Virus record (IMG/VR): IMGVR_UViG_3300032268_000832
Location: 1-64,000 of that record
Direction: 5' to 3' (one strand)
Length of the DNA stretch: 64,000 bases
The position numbers and the translations under genes are program-made. The notes under the pieces were generated by a model. That model worked only from the letters and a program-made list of their open reading frames with translations. It was not told the origin of the DNA and searched no databases. Shown here in pieces: positions 36,383-46,326 of this stretch. Within the stretch, counting starts at the first letter, position 1. Each line of letters opens with the position of its first letter.

Positions 36383-36808
36383 ATGGAAATTACAAACCAA
36401 ACAACAATAAAGGATGTCGAAAGATGTCCTTTTATTGGTATTGTAGATTCGCCAATGTTTATGCATTTTGAACTTGATGAAGTTAGTAATTACGACCCAT
36501 TTTCATTACATAAAGTTAGTAGAGTTGTGATGAACTCTAAACCCATACAAATATTTACATTTAGAGGTAATTATAGAGATTTAGTTACAAACACTCAAGG
36601 TAAGGGCGGTATGGTTTATTTCTACCCAACAGTTGATGGTAAAATAGTTCATAGAGATTGTGATGGTGAGTATGTACGAATGGCTCAAGTTAAACTAACC
36701 AATTATGCTTTCAATCGAAAAGTTTATGAAAATGTTAGACAAGTTTTTGAACCAGAAATTGTTGAAAACCCACAAAAGAATTACAAATACATTTTAATTA
36801 GAAGATAA
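36383..36808 (+). CDS. hypothetical protein (141 aa)
   Basis: ORF in operon. Confidence 0.75.
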   Translation: MEITNQTTIKDVERCPFIGIVDSPMFMHFELDEVSNYDPFSLHKVSRVVMNSKPIQIFTFRGNYRDLVTNTQGKGGMVYFYPTVDGKIVHRDCDGEYVRMAQVKLTNYAFNRKVYENVRQVFEPEIVENPQKNYKYILIRR

Positions 36809-37086
36809 TGAAAAACAAAGACTATAAAAAATTAAGCCTTCTAAACTATGAAGGTGATGTGCTTAAAGCATATCACATTCCAACAGCTAACATTTTTCTA
36901 ATCGTTGATGACCATGGACACATTGTGGAATCTTGTACTAAGAAACAATTAATAGATTTTATTGAAGGGAGAAAAGAAATTACAACAAGTTACGGTAAGA
37001 CTTATAATTTTACCAAAGAACATGATAACGCTAAAAAATCACAAGAAGAAATTAACGAATTTTTAAGTTTACAAAAAGATGAGTAG
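36808..37086 (+). CDS. hypothetical protein (92 aa)
   Basis: TAATG coupling. Confidence 0.75.
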   Translation: MKNKDYKKLSLLNYEGDVLKAYHIPTANIFLIVDDHGHIVESCTKKQLIDFIEGRKEITTSYGKTYNFTKEHDNAKKSQEEINEFLSLQKDE

Positions 37087-37228
37087 TGAAGTAAACCTAA
37101 TAGATGATGATTTATGGGATTATTACAGTGGGTTACCAAATCCAATGTGGTATCAACACATTAAAGAATTAGAAGATGAAGAAGAAGATACAAGTAATAG
37201 TAATGATACTACAGCTGCTACTGAATAA
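37079..37228 (+). CDS. small acidic protein (49 aa)
   Basis: Hand-translated MSSEVNLIDDDLWDYYSGLPNP... Confidence 0.55.
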   Translation: MSSEVNLIDDDLWDYYSGLPNPMWYQHIKELEDEEEDTSNSNDTTAATE

Positions 37229-37252
37229 AATAAAACGTAAAAGAAAAAGCAT

Positions 37253-38569
37253 ATGGGATTTATGAACAAACTAGATAAAGATTACACAGACCTTCTTCAA
37301 GACATTCTTGATAACGGTACTGCTAAATCTGACCGTACTGGAACTGGAACGATATCAGTATTCGGAAGACAAATACGTCACAATATGAAAGACGGTTTTC
37401 CTTTACTTACAACCAAGAAAATGCCATTTAAAACAATTGTAACAGAACTTCTTTGGTTCTTACGAGGTGATACAAATATTAAGTATTTGGTTGATAATAA
37501 TTGTCATATTTGGGATGGTGATGCTTATAAGAACTATTTGAATGTCGTTATGTTTGAAAAACCTGACTACTTACACGAAAAATATGGGCATCTTAATATG
37601 AGTGTAAAAAAAGAAGGTGATAAGTATTTACCATTTACCCAAGAAGAATTTATCAACAAAATCAAAACAGATGATAATTTCGCTAAGACATGGGGTGATT
37701 TAGGTCCAATTTATGGTAAGCAATGGAGAGGTTGGAATGGTGTAGATAAAGAAGCATTTTTCAATTCAGATAATTTGGATGAAAGAAATAAAGATGCAAG
37801 ACACAGTATGTTCTATAAAGAATCTGAAATAGACCAACTTGAGGATGCAATTCAATTACTTAAAACTGACCCAGATTCGAGACGTAATAGAGTTTCTGCT
37901 TGGAATGCAGGTGAAATCAAAAACATGGTATTACCTCCATGCCACACCGACTTTCAGTTTTATACAAGAGAGTTGAGTAGACAAGAAAGAAGTGAATACT
38001 ATTACAAACATGGTAATAGTGAAGGTATAGTAGAAGGAAGTTTAGATAGGCCAATATGGAAAGATGATGAAACTGCCCACAAATGGTATAATGAAAGAAG
38101 CGTACCAACCAGAGCAATCTCTTTAATGTGGAATCAACGTTCAGTAGATACATTCTTAGGTTTACCATTCAACATTGCTTCTTATGGATTGTTATTAGAA
38201 ATAATAGCAAAAGAAGTTAACATGGTTCCTGACCAGTTGATTGGTAATTTAGGAGATGTTCATTTATATTCAAATCATATTGAACAAGCTAAAGAACAGA
38301 TTGGTAGAGAATTTACTGAAGAGGAAATATTAGAACATTTACAACAATCAGGTATGGATGCTTTAAAGCATGAACCTAGAATGGAACACATTTCTAAATT
38401 ACCTAAGCGAACAAGAGAACCCTTTCCGTTGCCAAAATTAGTTATGAACCCAATATTTTTAGCAAACTTAGAACATAAAGGATTTGATGAAGCTATAAAT
38501 GGAGAGGTTAATTTTCAAGTAGAAAATTATCAATCACATCCAACAATTAAAGCACCTTTGTCCAACTAG
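37253..38569 (+). CDS. thyA: thymidylate synthase ThyA with several insertions
   Basis: DRTGTGT, ELLWFLRG, LPPCH, QRSVD..LGLPFN, DVHLYSNH. Confidence 0.95.
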   Translation: MGFMNKLDKDYTDLLQDILDNGTAKSDRTGTGTISVFGRQIRHNMKDGFPLLTTKKMPFKTIVTELLWFLRGDTNIKYLVDNNCHIWDGDAYKNYLNVVMFEKPDYLHEKYGHLNMSVKKEGDKYLPFTQEEFINKIKTDDNFAKTWGDLGPIYGKQWRGWNGVDKEAFFNSDNLDERNKDARHSMFYKESEIDQLEDAIQLLKTDPDSRRNRVSAWNAGEIKNMVLPPCHTDFQFYTRELSRQERSEYYYKHGNSEGIVEGSLDRPIWKDDETAHKWYNERSVPTRAISLMWNQRSVDTFLGLPFNIASYGLLLEIIAKEVNMVPDQLIGNLGDVHLYSNHIEQAKEQIGREFTEEEILEHLQQSGMDALKHEPRMEHISKLPKRTREPFPLPKLVMNPIFLANLEHKGFDEAINGEVNFQVENYQSHPTIKAPLSN

Positions 38570-38596
38570 CATGATATTTATTTATAAAATAGTATC

Positions 38597-39097
38597 ATGT
38601 TTGAAGCGATTAAAAATCTTAGCCCAGCACATAGATTTCAAGCCTTTCTGGTTGTTGTTATCTTATCAACATTAACATCAATAGCAACAGCTTATATGTC
38701 TACAGATGATTGTAGTGGATTAGCTGGTCAGTATAATGTTCTTATTAAAAATTATACGGAAACGTTATCTTTAAATAATCAGTTGGTATCTGATAATAAT
38801 CAGAAGCAAAAGGATTTTATGTTGATTAAGAAAATGCTTGATAGTCTTGATGGGTTGGAACCAGAGATTGTAAAAACAACAACTATGAGTTCTAAAACAG
38901 AACCTAAAGTTATTAAACAACACCATTCTATTGTGACTAACGATACTATAGTTGTTGCAGCTTATAGACCAGAAGTTGTTGAAACACATAAAACTAAAAC
39001 TATAAATACTGAAACAACGATTACAAAAATGAGCGATAAACACAAAAAACTCTTAGGTAGTGTTTATAATGTTATAAATAAACATCAAAAACAATAA
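38597..39097 (+). CDS. membrane-anchored late protein
   Basis: N-terminal TM FLVVVILSTLTSIATAYM; late promoter at 38574; UUCG terminator 39103-39125. Confidence 0.7.
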   Translation: MFEAIKNLSPAHRFQAFLVVVILSTLTSIATAYMSTDDCSGLAGQYNVLIKNYTETLSLNNQLVSDNNQKQKDFMLIKKMLDSLDGLEPEIVKTTTMSSKTEPKVIKQHHSIVTNDTIVVAAYRPEVVETHKTKTINTETTITKMSDKHKKLLGSVYNVINKHQKQ

Positions 39098-39155
39098 AAT
39101 AAAAGCATCTTCGGATGTTTTTTTGTTTTAAGCAATATTTATAATAAAAAGTATA

Positions 39156-39518
39156 ATGGCAATAAATAACGATATAAGTAATTTTATAATACCAGCACAA
39201 TACGCTGGTTTATATGATTTAGTCTATACTAGTGTTGATGGAGGGCCAACGGGTTGTAATATAAACATAAACGGCGTTAATGTACAAATGGGTAGTGGTT
39301 CTACTATTGAAATTTTAGTTAGAACCGTTAGTGGCGGTGCTGGATGTTATTTATATGGTGATTACCCTGACGTTAGTGGTGGTATTAACACACCTTTTAT
39401 CTCAAACCCAATTCAAATAATGGTAGACGCGTTTAAAAATAGAGTTTCTAATGATGGTGGTACTTTTGTTTCAGAAACATGTTTAATAACAGAATTAACA
39501 AATTTAAACAACATTTAA
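39156..39518 (+). CDS. small virion-type beta protein (paralogue of 41094-41339) with C-terminal extension
   Basis: GGPTGC..NINGV.V.MG.GSTI.I.VRTVSGGAGCYLYGD. Confidence 0.75.
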   Translation: MAINNDISNFIIPAQYAGLYDLVYTSVDGGPTGCNININGVNVQMGSGSTIEILVRTVSGGAGCYLYGDYPDVSGGINTPFISNPIQIMVDAFKNRVSNDGGTFVSETCLITELTNLNNI

Positions 39519-39520
39519 TT

Positions 39521-40732
39521 ATGAGTATATTAGATAAAGCTACCTTGTTGGTAACACCAAACGCATATAAAACATCAAAAATATATAGTATTATACCTTC
39601 AGATGGTAGTGGTGATTTTACATTTTCTAGAGCTAGTGGTGCAACTATAATTAATTCAACAGGACAATATGAAATTGTTGGTACTAACATGCCTAGGATT
39701 GATTATGATTTTTCAGGTGGTTGTCCTACAATATTATTAGAACCACAAAGAACAAATCTATTTAGAGATTCAGAACCATCTACAACACCAGTAGCAGGTA
39801 CTATTAGTGGTGTCACTTTTAGTGCAAATGATTGGGGTATTGGTTTAAATGGTAAAGTAACATTTACTGGTAATTCAATACAAGCAACATATTATAATGC
39901 AGCTTCGATTGCCGCTGGTAATTCAATAACTATGAGTTTTATAGCTAAAAGAACGGACGGTCAAGAAGTTAGGTTTGGTTCTGGACTTGACAACGATATA
40001 TATGTTAGTATGCAAAATACAGCTGGTATAGGTAGTATTAGCAAAACATATTTAGGAAACAATTTATGGTATTGTAGTGCTACTAGAACATCTAATGGAG
40101 CTAGTACTAGTTATGGTCCTATTAAACAAACAACAAACGATAATACTGCGGTTGAAGTAAGCGCAATTATGCTGGTAACTAACGGTACTGGTGCCGCTTC
40201 TGCAAATACAGTTACATTAAGACCAGAATCTTATATTAAAACTACTGGTTCTACTGTAACTAAAGCAACTGAATCAATGGTAGATGTTATTAGTGGTTTT
40301 ACAGGTGGTGCAGCTGGTGGGTCATGGTATTTAAAAATAAATAATAACATAGCACAACATAGAGTCGCTACTGGTGGTGCTATTTGGGTTGGAACCAATT
40401 CTGGGTCGTCAGCTACTGGTGATTCAATACGTTTTGTAAATGATGGTACGAATGCTAGGTTAAGATTAACTAAAGTTCTAAATAGTGGTACACCAACAAC
40501 ACTATTAACCACAAGCGCCGACACTTTAAGTGCGGTAATGACTTGGGATGGTACTAATTTAAATGTGTTTACCAATGGGTCTAAAGTAGTAACTAATTCG
40601 GCTTTTTCTGGTTCTACATCATTAAATTATTTAGTTGGTAATGGTACTGATGTTCCTAAATATATAAAAACAATGGCTATATTTCCAATACCATTAACTG
40701 ATGAAGAAGCAATATCTTTAACAAATATATAA
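39521..40732 (+). CDS. putative fibre/spike protein with LamG-like C-terminal domain (start corrected)
   Basis: GDFTFSRAS.AT..NSTG...PRIDY...ILLEPQRTNL; S/T/G/N-rich; AVMTWDGTNLNVFTNG. Confidence 0.6.
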   Translation: MSILDKATLLVTPNAYKTSKIYSIIPSDGSGDFTFSRASGATIINSTGQYEIVGTNMPRIDYDFSGGCPTILLEPQRTNLFRDSEPSTTPVAGTISGVTFSANDWGIGLNGKVTFTGNSIQATYYNAASIAAGNSITMSFIAKRTDGQEVRFGSGLDNDIYVSMQNTAGIGSISKTYLGNNLWYCSATRTSNGASTSYGPIKQTTNDNTAVEVSAIMLVTNGTGAASANTVTLRPESYIKTTGSTVTKATESMVDVISGFTGGAAGGSWYLKINNNIAQHRVATGGAIWVGTNSGSSATGDSIRFVNDGTNARLRLTKVLNSGTPTTLLTTSADTLSAVMTWDGTNLNVFTNGSKVVTNSAFSGSTSLNYLVGNGTDVPKYIKTMAIFPIPLTDEEAISLTNI

Positions 40733-40733
40733 T

Positions 40734-41030
40734 ATGAAAGCATATAAATTAAAATATGAAAATAGTGAATCAGCTATGGCTGATTTTATTAACAAGGGTA
40801 TTTACATTAACACTAATGACGGTTTAGTTTATGGTGAAGGTGTATGTGCAGTTGTTGCCATTGGTTTAATAACTTTAACTGATGGTGTTTATGATAATGA
40901 AGGTAATGAGGTAACACCACCAACATACATTGATGGTTATCATTACGATGTGTTAAGCGAAATTGATTTTAATTTTGGTGACACAGAAATATTCCCTAAA
41001 AACCCAGTTCATGGTTTTTACGGATTCTAA
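40734..41030 (+). CDS. hypothetical fibre-associated protein (98 aa)
   Basis: Coupled to the preceding gene; EVTPPTY.DGYHYDV. Confidence 0.7.
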   Translation: MKAYKLKYENSESAMADFINKGIYINTNDGLVYGEGVCAVVAIGLITLTDGVYDNEGNEVTPPTYIDGYHYDVLSEIDFNFGDTEIFPKNPVHGFYGF

Positions 41031-41093
41031 TATATTTTTAATAATATTAGAATAAATGAAAAAATAATTATATTTATAAGTAAAAGAAAAATT

Positions 41094-41339
41094 ATGCCAA
41101 GAAATAACGATGTATATAGTATAATAGTACCCGCATTATCTGCAAATACAACAGCTCACACGTATACTACAATATATGGTGGTTCAGCTGGTTGTACTGC
41201 AACAATTAATGGTATTTCTGTTAGTGTTGGGGCGTCATCGTCAATTACTATAACAATAAGAACCATAAGTGGTGGTTCTGGTTGTTTTTTATTAGGCGAT
41301 AATCAGAACGTATATTTAGGTTCGCCTAATTTACCATAA
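41094..41339 (+). CDS. small virion-type beta protein (81 aa)
   Basis: GGSAGC..TINGISV...ITITIRTISGGSGCFLLGD; late promoter at 41070. Confidence 0.75.
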   Translation: MPRNNDVYSIIVPALSANTTAHTYTTIYGGSAGCTATINGISVSVGASSSITITIRTISGGSGCFLLGDNQNVYLGSPNLP

Positions 41340-41381
41340 AAAAAAAAAATAATTTAATAAAACAAAAGAAAAAATAAAACT

Positions 41382-42494
41382 ATGGACAAAAATTTTAAAA
41401 TTAATCCAATAGGTCTTAAAGGTAACGAAATTAACGAACGTATGAGACAACTTATGGGTGTTACACCTATTAACGAGGGTTTATCTCGCTCAACAGTTGA
41501 GTTAACAAAACTTGGACCAGATGGTAAGTCATACGGTATTGTTAGAGAAAATCACGAATATTATATCAAAGTATCTGATAAAACTTCAAATTTAACTGTT
41601 GAAGATTTTAAGTATATTGGTGGTTTACAAAATAAAAAACAAGAAGCTTACCCATCATACGCTAAAGCTACTAAACATTTAAACTTAAGATTTAACTCTA
41701 TTTGTGAGTCTTACGATATTGTTAATACATTTAATGTATTTGTTGATGATAAATTATTATCAGAAGGTGTAGCTAAAGAAGCTACAAAACACATTACAGA
41801 TACCAAAGGTAAAGACTTAGACGCTAAGGCTAAAGAAGAAGGTGGTGATAATTTGGCTGGTAAAAAAGTTATGGATGAAATGGAAGAAGTAACACTTACT
41901 GAAGATGAGTTAGCTATTGATGCAATGCTTAATGAAATGGAAGAATTAGATGAAGAAGAATCTAAAGACAACCCATGGGCTATTTGTACTGCTAGTGTTG
42001 GTCGTAAAGACAAAGAAAAATACGAAGCGTGTGTTAGAGACGTTAAAAAAGAAAAAGGTATCAAAGAAGAATTAAAAGGTAACCAATCAAAAATCGATGC
42101 CAATAAAAACGGTAAAATTGATGGTGAGGATTTTAAAATACTTAAAAAAGGTAAAGTTAAAGAAAATTTTGGTGTAGAACCAGAACAAGAACCAACAACT
42201 GATGAGTTAATGGATAGATTAGATAATATGTCAGCAGCTGAATTTATTGAATTATTAGGTGATGCTGGTAAAGATGTTATGAGATTTGCTAAAAGAAAAA
42301 TTGAAGCTGGGACTAAATTTATGTTAAATAAAATGGGTCACGAAGTTGATGAAGCTAAAGATTTCCCTGATTTAACAGGTGATGGTAAAGTAACTAGAGC
42401 TGATATTTTAAAAGGTAGAGGTGTTGATTTAGATGAAGAAATGACTATTGAGGAAATTCAAGAAGCTATTGCTGATTTAAAAAAAAAACTTTAA
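41382..42494 (+). CDS. acidic head-core protein with two EF-hand-like loops
   Basis: IDANKNGKIDGED, PDLTGDGKVTRAD; many L/I-x-E sites. Confidence 0.8.
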   Translation: MDKNFKINPIGLKGNEINERMRQLMGVTPINEGLSRSTVELTKLGPDGKSYGIVRENHEYYIKVSDKTSNLTVEDFKYIGGLQNKKQEAYPSYAKATKHLNLRFNSICESYDIVNTFNVFVDDKLLSEGVAKEATKHITDTKGKDLDAKAKEEGGDNLAGKKVMDEMEEVTLTEDELAIDAMLNEMEELDEEESKDNPWAICTASVGRKDKEKYEACVRDVKKEKGIKEELKGNQSKIDANKNGKIDGEDFKILKKGKVKENFGVEPEQEPTTDELMDRLDNMSAAEFIELLGDAGKDVMRFAKRKIEAGTKFMLNKMGHEVDEAKDFPDLTGDGKVTRADILKGRGVDLDEEMTIEEIQEAIADLKKKL

Positions 42495-44044
42495 CTGAAG
42501 GTAAAAAATACAAACTGAAGTTGGACAATCCAGCGCCAGCGGCTCCTGCCGTTCCTGCGCCTGCTCCAGCTGAACCAATAACAGAACCAGCTGATGACGC
42601 TGGTTTTGGCGATTTTGGTGGTGATGAAACACCAGCAGAAGAACCAGCAAATGATATGTCATTTGAAAAAGAACCTTTTGATGCTGGTGTTGATGCTGAC
42701 GAGGAAACGGACCCTAAAAAATTTATTGAGCAATTGAGTGGTAAGTTAGGTCAATCTTTAAGACAATATACCAAGGACCAAGGTCAACCAGATTTTGAGT
42801 TGGAAAAATTTGCTATTAATTCAGTTATTTCGGCAACACATACAGCTGAAATGGATGAAGAAGATAAAAACGATATTATTAAAAAGATAAATAAATCAGG
42901 TGAAAATGACGCACAAGATTTTGATGGTGACAATCAAGGTGATGCCGATGGTGGAGACAATTCTATCGGTGGACCCGATAACGGGGATGGTGATTCTGAT
43001 GAGCTTGATTTTTCATCAGATGAAGAAGTTAAAGAAAATGATTTCCATATTTATGAACGCGAAGATTTATTCTTAAAAAACCCAAAGAAAAATAATATGT
43101 TTCAACCAAATTCAAATGACATCTTAGATGAAATGAAACCATGTTGGTCAGGGTATAAACAAGTTGGAACGAAGGAAAAAGGTGGAAAAGAAGTACCTAA
43201 TTGTGTTGCTGTAAATGAAAATATTGGTGAATCAAACAATTATATGTTCTGGCAAAACCTTAAAACTATTGTACATGCAGGTTCTGAATTGTTAAATATG
43301 GATAAAAATTCGTTGGACGCTTTATTATCTGATGGACATGGTTGGGCGCTTGACCACATTGCAACTTCAGCAGACGATGTTGAGGAAGTATACCATTTTG
43401 CTGAAGGTGCTTTAAATGAAAGACATGAAGATTCTGGAGAAGAGATGGATTATTCAAAATGGTCAGAACCTATGAAATTAAACAAACCAGTTCAAGTTTC
43501 TAAAGATTTAGCATACCATCTTGCAAATAACATGGCATTGGGGGAATCTATTTTTAGATATGGTTCAGAGAAATTTCAAACACTTTTAAAAGAAGTTACA
43601 CAATTAAAAAATAAGGGTTTAATTGAGCTTAATGAGAATGACCAATTTATCGTTGAAGATTATGACAATGGTTTTATTGTTATTAACGAAAATAGAGTTA
43701 AATTAAATACGATATTTGAAGACTTTGATTCTGAAACTTTAAACGAAGCTGAGTATCAAGGTAAAAAAGTAGAAATAGGTAAACCTAAACGTGGTGGTTC
43801 TAAAAAATTCTATGTTTATGTAAGAAACCCTAAGACGGGTAAAGTTAAAAAAGTATCTTTCGGAGCTAAATCGGGTGGTGGTAATTTAGCAGTTAAATTA
43901 AAAGACCCTAAGGCTAGAAAAGCGTTTGCTGATAGACATAATTGTAAAACTAAAAACGATAAAACAAAACCAGGGTACTGGGCGTGTAGACTTCCAAGAT
44001 ACGCTAAATTATTAGGTTTATCTGGTGGTGGTACATGGTGGTAA
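42479..44044 (+). CDS. modular head-core protein, probable -1 frameshift extension of 41382 (track TTG start 42521)
   Basis: Frame open from 42476; Pro/Ala and acidic linkers; Cys/Lys-rich modules. Confidence 0.75.
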   Translation, partial: KKKTLTEGKKYKLKLDNPAPAAPAVPAPAPAEPITEPADDAGFGDFGGDETPAEEPANDMSFEKEPFDAGVDADEETDPKKFIEQLSGKLGQSLRQYTKDQGQPDFELEKFAINSVISATHTAEMDEEDKNDIIKKINKSGENDAQDFDGDNQGDADGGDNSIGGPDNGDGDSDELDFSSDEEVKENDFHIYEREDLFLKNPKKNNMFQPNSNDILDEMKPCWSGYKQVGTKEKGGKEVPNCVAVNENIGESNNYMFWQNLKTIVHAGSELLNMDKNSLDALLSDGHGWALDHIATSADDVEEVYHFAEGALNERHEDSGEEMDYSKWSEPMKLNKPVQVSKDLAYHLANNMALGESIFRYGSEKFQTLLKEVTQLKNKGLIELNENDQFIVEDYDNGFIVINENRVKLNTIFEDFDSETLNEAEYQGKKVEIGKPKRGGSKKFYVYVRNPKTGKVKKVSFGAKSGGGNLAVKLKDPKARKAFADRHNCKTKNDKTKPGYWACRLPRYAKLLGLSGGGTWW

Positions 44045-44982
44045 AATTTATGAATATGAAACCATATAAAGAAACAGAAAACGGAAACATTATAAGACGT
44101 ACATTTTCAGATAACATACCTGAAAGTGAGTTGGTGTGGCATAGAGACCATGAGGATAGAGTTGTTCTACCACTTAATGAAAATAATTGGATGGTTCAAT
44201 TTGATAACGAATTACCAATGAAGTTAAATGTTGGTGAAGAATTTTTTATACCTAAAGAAACATTTCATAGAGTTATTAAGGGTTCTGGTGAATTGCAAGT
44301 TGAAATTATAAAAACTGATTTTGACGAAGTTATCGAAGAAGGTGAGAAAAAAGCTAAAAGAGACGCTTGTTATCATAAAGTAAGAGCTAGATATGATGTA
44401 TGGCCATCAGCTTATGCTTCTGGTGCTCTTGTTAAGTGTCGTAAGGTTGGCGCTGCTAACTGGGGTAACAAATCGAATGAGGGTGAAGAAAATTTAGATG
44501 AACTGGAAGTTTATGAAGCAAAAAAAACTGATTTTTCAAAAGAAAAATCACAAGGTCTTCATGGATGGTTTTCTAGAAAAGGTGGTGAAGGTTCTAGTGG
44601 TTGGGTTGATTGTAACACATGCAGAAAAGACCCTGATACTGGTAGAAAGAAATGTAAACCATGTGGTAGACAAGATGGTGAAAAAAGAAAGTATCCTGCA
44701 TGTCGCCCAACACCATCATCTTGTGGGACAAGAGGTAAAGGTAAAAAATGGGGTAAAAAAAGTACTAATGAAGGGTTGAATATATCAGAAAAATTTAGTA
44801 TATTTGATAAAAATGAAATTAAGATGAGATTACACGAAACTTTTAACTATGAAGAACCGTTAGTATTACCAGCGGAACCTAAAACAAAACCCAAAGAATC
44901 ACCTATGATTCAACCGTCTAGACGTAATAAACCTTTCTTACCAGAAAGAGAATCACAACCAGACCCAAAAGCTGAAGAATAA
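44035..44982 (+). CDS. modular protein: cupin-like domain plus Cys/Lys-rich mini-modules
   Basis: ELVWHRD..FFIPKETFHRVIKG; RDACYHKV..WPSAYASGALVKCRK; WVDCNTC..CKPC..YPACRP. Confidence 0.75.
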   Translation: MVVKFMNMKPYKETENGNIIRRTFSDNIPESELVWHRDHEDRVVLPLNENNWMVQFDNELPMKLNVGEEFFIPKETFHRVIKGSGELQVEIIKTDFDEVIEEGEKKAKRDACYHKVRARYDVWPSAYASGALVKCRKVGAANWGNKSNEGEENLDELEVYEAKKTDFSKEKSQGLHGWFSRKGGEGSSGWVDCNTCRKDPDTGRKKCKPCGRQDGEKRKYPACRPTPSSCGTRGKGKKWGKKSTNEGLNISEKFSIFDKNEIKMRLHETFNYEEPLVLPAEPKTKPKESPMIQPSRRNKPFLPERESQPDPKAEE

Positions 44983-45395
44983 TGGAAGAATTATATTTGA
45001 TATATGTGAACTATGTGGGTAAAGATTATAAGGGAGATTACCTTTATGAATTTATATTTTCTGACACTACAGAAGATATAGATGGTGATGAGTGGGATAC
45101 ATACCCAGCTTCTGGAAGACCACAACCACCGCATGATTCTTTTATAAAAAAAGTTGGTAGACTTGAATCTGAGTTAAAATTAGATGTGATACAAAATAGT
45201 GACACATTTGCAGTTTGGGACGCTATTGATGGTGTAGTTGCTTTGGCTTGGGAAAATATTGACGATTATGACACGTATCCAGAAAAAAGAATTTGTTTTA
45301 AATTTGGTGAAGATTTATCTGAAGTTGAAGATAAATTATACGAAAAAGACCTAATATTGAATTATAATATAAACAAACATGAACACAAAAAATAA
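44982..45395 (+). CDS. conserved hypothetical protein (137 aa)
   Basis: ORF in late operon. Confidence 0.8.
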   Translation: MEELYLIYVNYVGKDYKGDYLYEFIFSDTTEDIDGDEWDTYPASGRPQPPHDSFIKKVGRLESELKLDVIQNSDTFAVWDAIDGVVALAWENIDDYDTYPEKRICFKFGEDLSEVEDKLYEKDLILNYNINKHEHKK

Positions 45396-46323
45396 ATTAA
45401 AAGAAGCCACATATATTGTCGCATCACCTAATGATGCTCAGACAATGGCTGGTACTAATAAATTAAAAAAAGACGACACTGTTATTATTGATAAAGCAGC
45501 GTCTGCTAAAAGTGCATCTTCAGCTTTGGTTGGTGAAATTGACAATGTAATTCAACCTCAAGATAGAGCAACGATAAAGTACTTATCAAATGTAAAAGAT
45601 GCTGAATCTGGACAAATAGCTCAACCGTTTAACCTTGGTGATAAAAAATACCAAATGGTAAGAGGTATAACACCAGATAAAAATGTAGTCATGGGTGTTT
45701 ATTGTTTTGATGAATTAAATGAAGATGGAAGTAACATGATTTACCATGTTGATGAATTTGAAAGTAAAATAGCTAGACCAATGCTTGAAATGGAAAAATT
45801 AACAACTGAAAGTGAAAATAAAAGCACTGAACCTGAAAGTCTTAACTTAGGTGAATTTAAACATTTTATTGTAAACGAAAAAACTGGTAAATTTAAAAAA
45901 TTTAAAACAATTCCAGAATTGGCCGCTACTACTATGCTTGAAGATGAGCGATATATGGGGTTACATGAATTTAAAAAATTTTTTGAAGGTAGAGTGTTTG
46001 GTACACCTAAGAAAAAAGAGTTAAGTGAAGTTGGATTGACTGGCCAAGAAAGTGATGAAGAAATGACTATTAAAGCTAAAAAATTAATGGGTCTTATTCA
46101 AAAAAGAATTCCAGCAACTATCATAGAGAGTATTAAAACAAACAAGTTGGCACAAAGAGAAGTTATTGCTGCATTTGCTGAAATGATTGGAGTTCCTAGA
46201 AATGGACTTACTGGATTAGTCCAAGGTATTAAAGATTTAGCTAAAACTGGTTCACAACCACAACAGCAACCAGTTATGGAAAATAGAGTAATAAAAACTA
46301 TAAAGAAAAAAGACATAAAGTAA
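45379..46323 (+). CDS. hypothetical late protein (314 aa)
   Basis: ORF in late operon. Confidence 0.8.
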   Translation: MNTKNKLKEATYIVASPNDAQTMAGTNKLKKDDTVIIDKAASAKSASSALVGEIDNVIQPQDRATIKYLSNVKDAESGQIAQPFNLGDKKYQMVRGITPDKNVVMGVYCFDELNEDGSNMIYHVDEFESKIARPMLEMEKLTTESENKSTEPESLNLGEFKHFIVNEKTGKFKKFKTIPELAATTMLEDERYMGLHEFKKFFEGRVFGTPKKKELSEVGLTGQESDEEMTIKAKKLMGLIQKRIPATIIESIKTNKLAQREVIAAFAEMIGVPRNGLTGLVQGIKDLAKTGSQPQQQPVMENRVIKTIKKKDIK

Positions 46324-46326
46324 TAT

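Noticed and set aside
37253-38569. Intein/intron or dCMP hydroxymethylase in the long ThyA
   Set aside because: Insertions are short and in frame, without intein termini; Asn in GLPFN indicates dUMP specificity
38597-39097. Spanin call
   Set aside because: Has an N-terminal TM but no partner lipoprotein or adjacent lysis genes; left as a membrane protein
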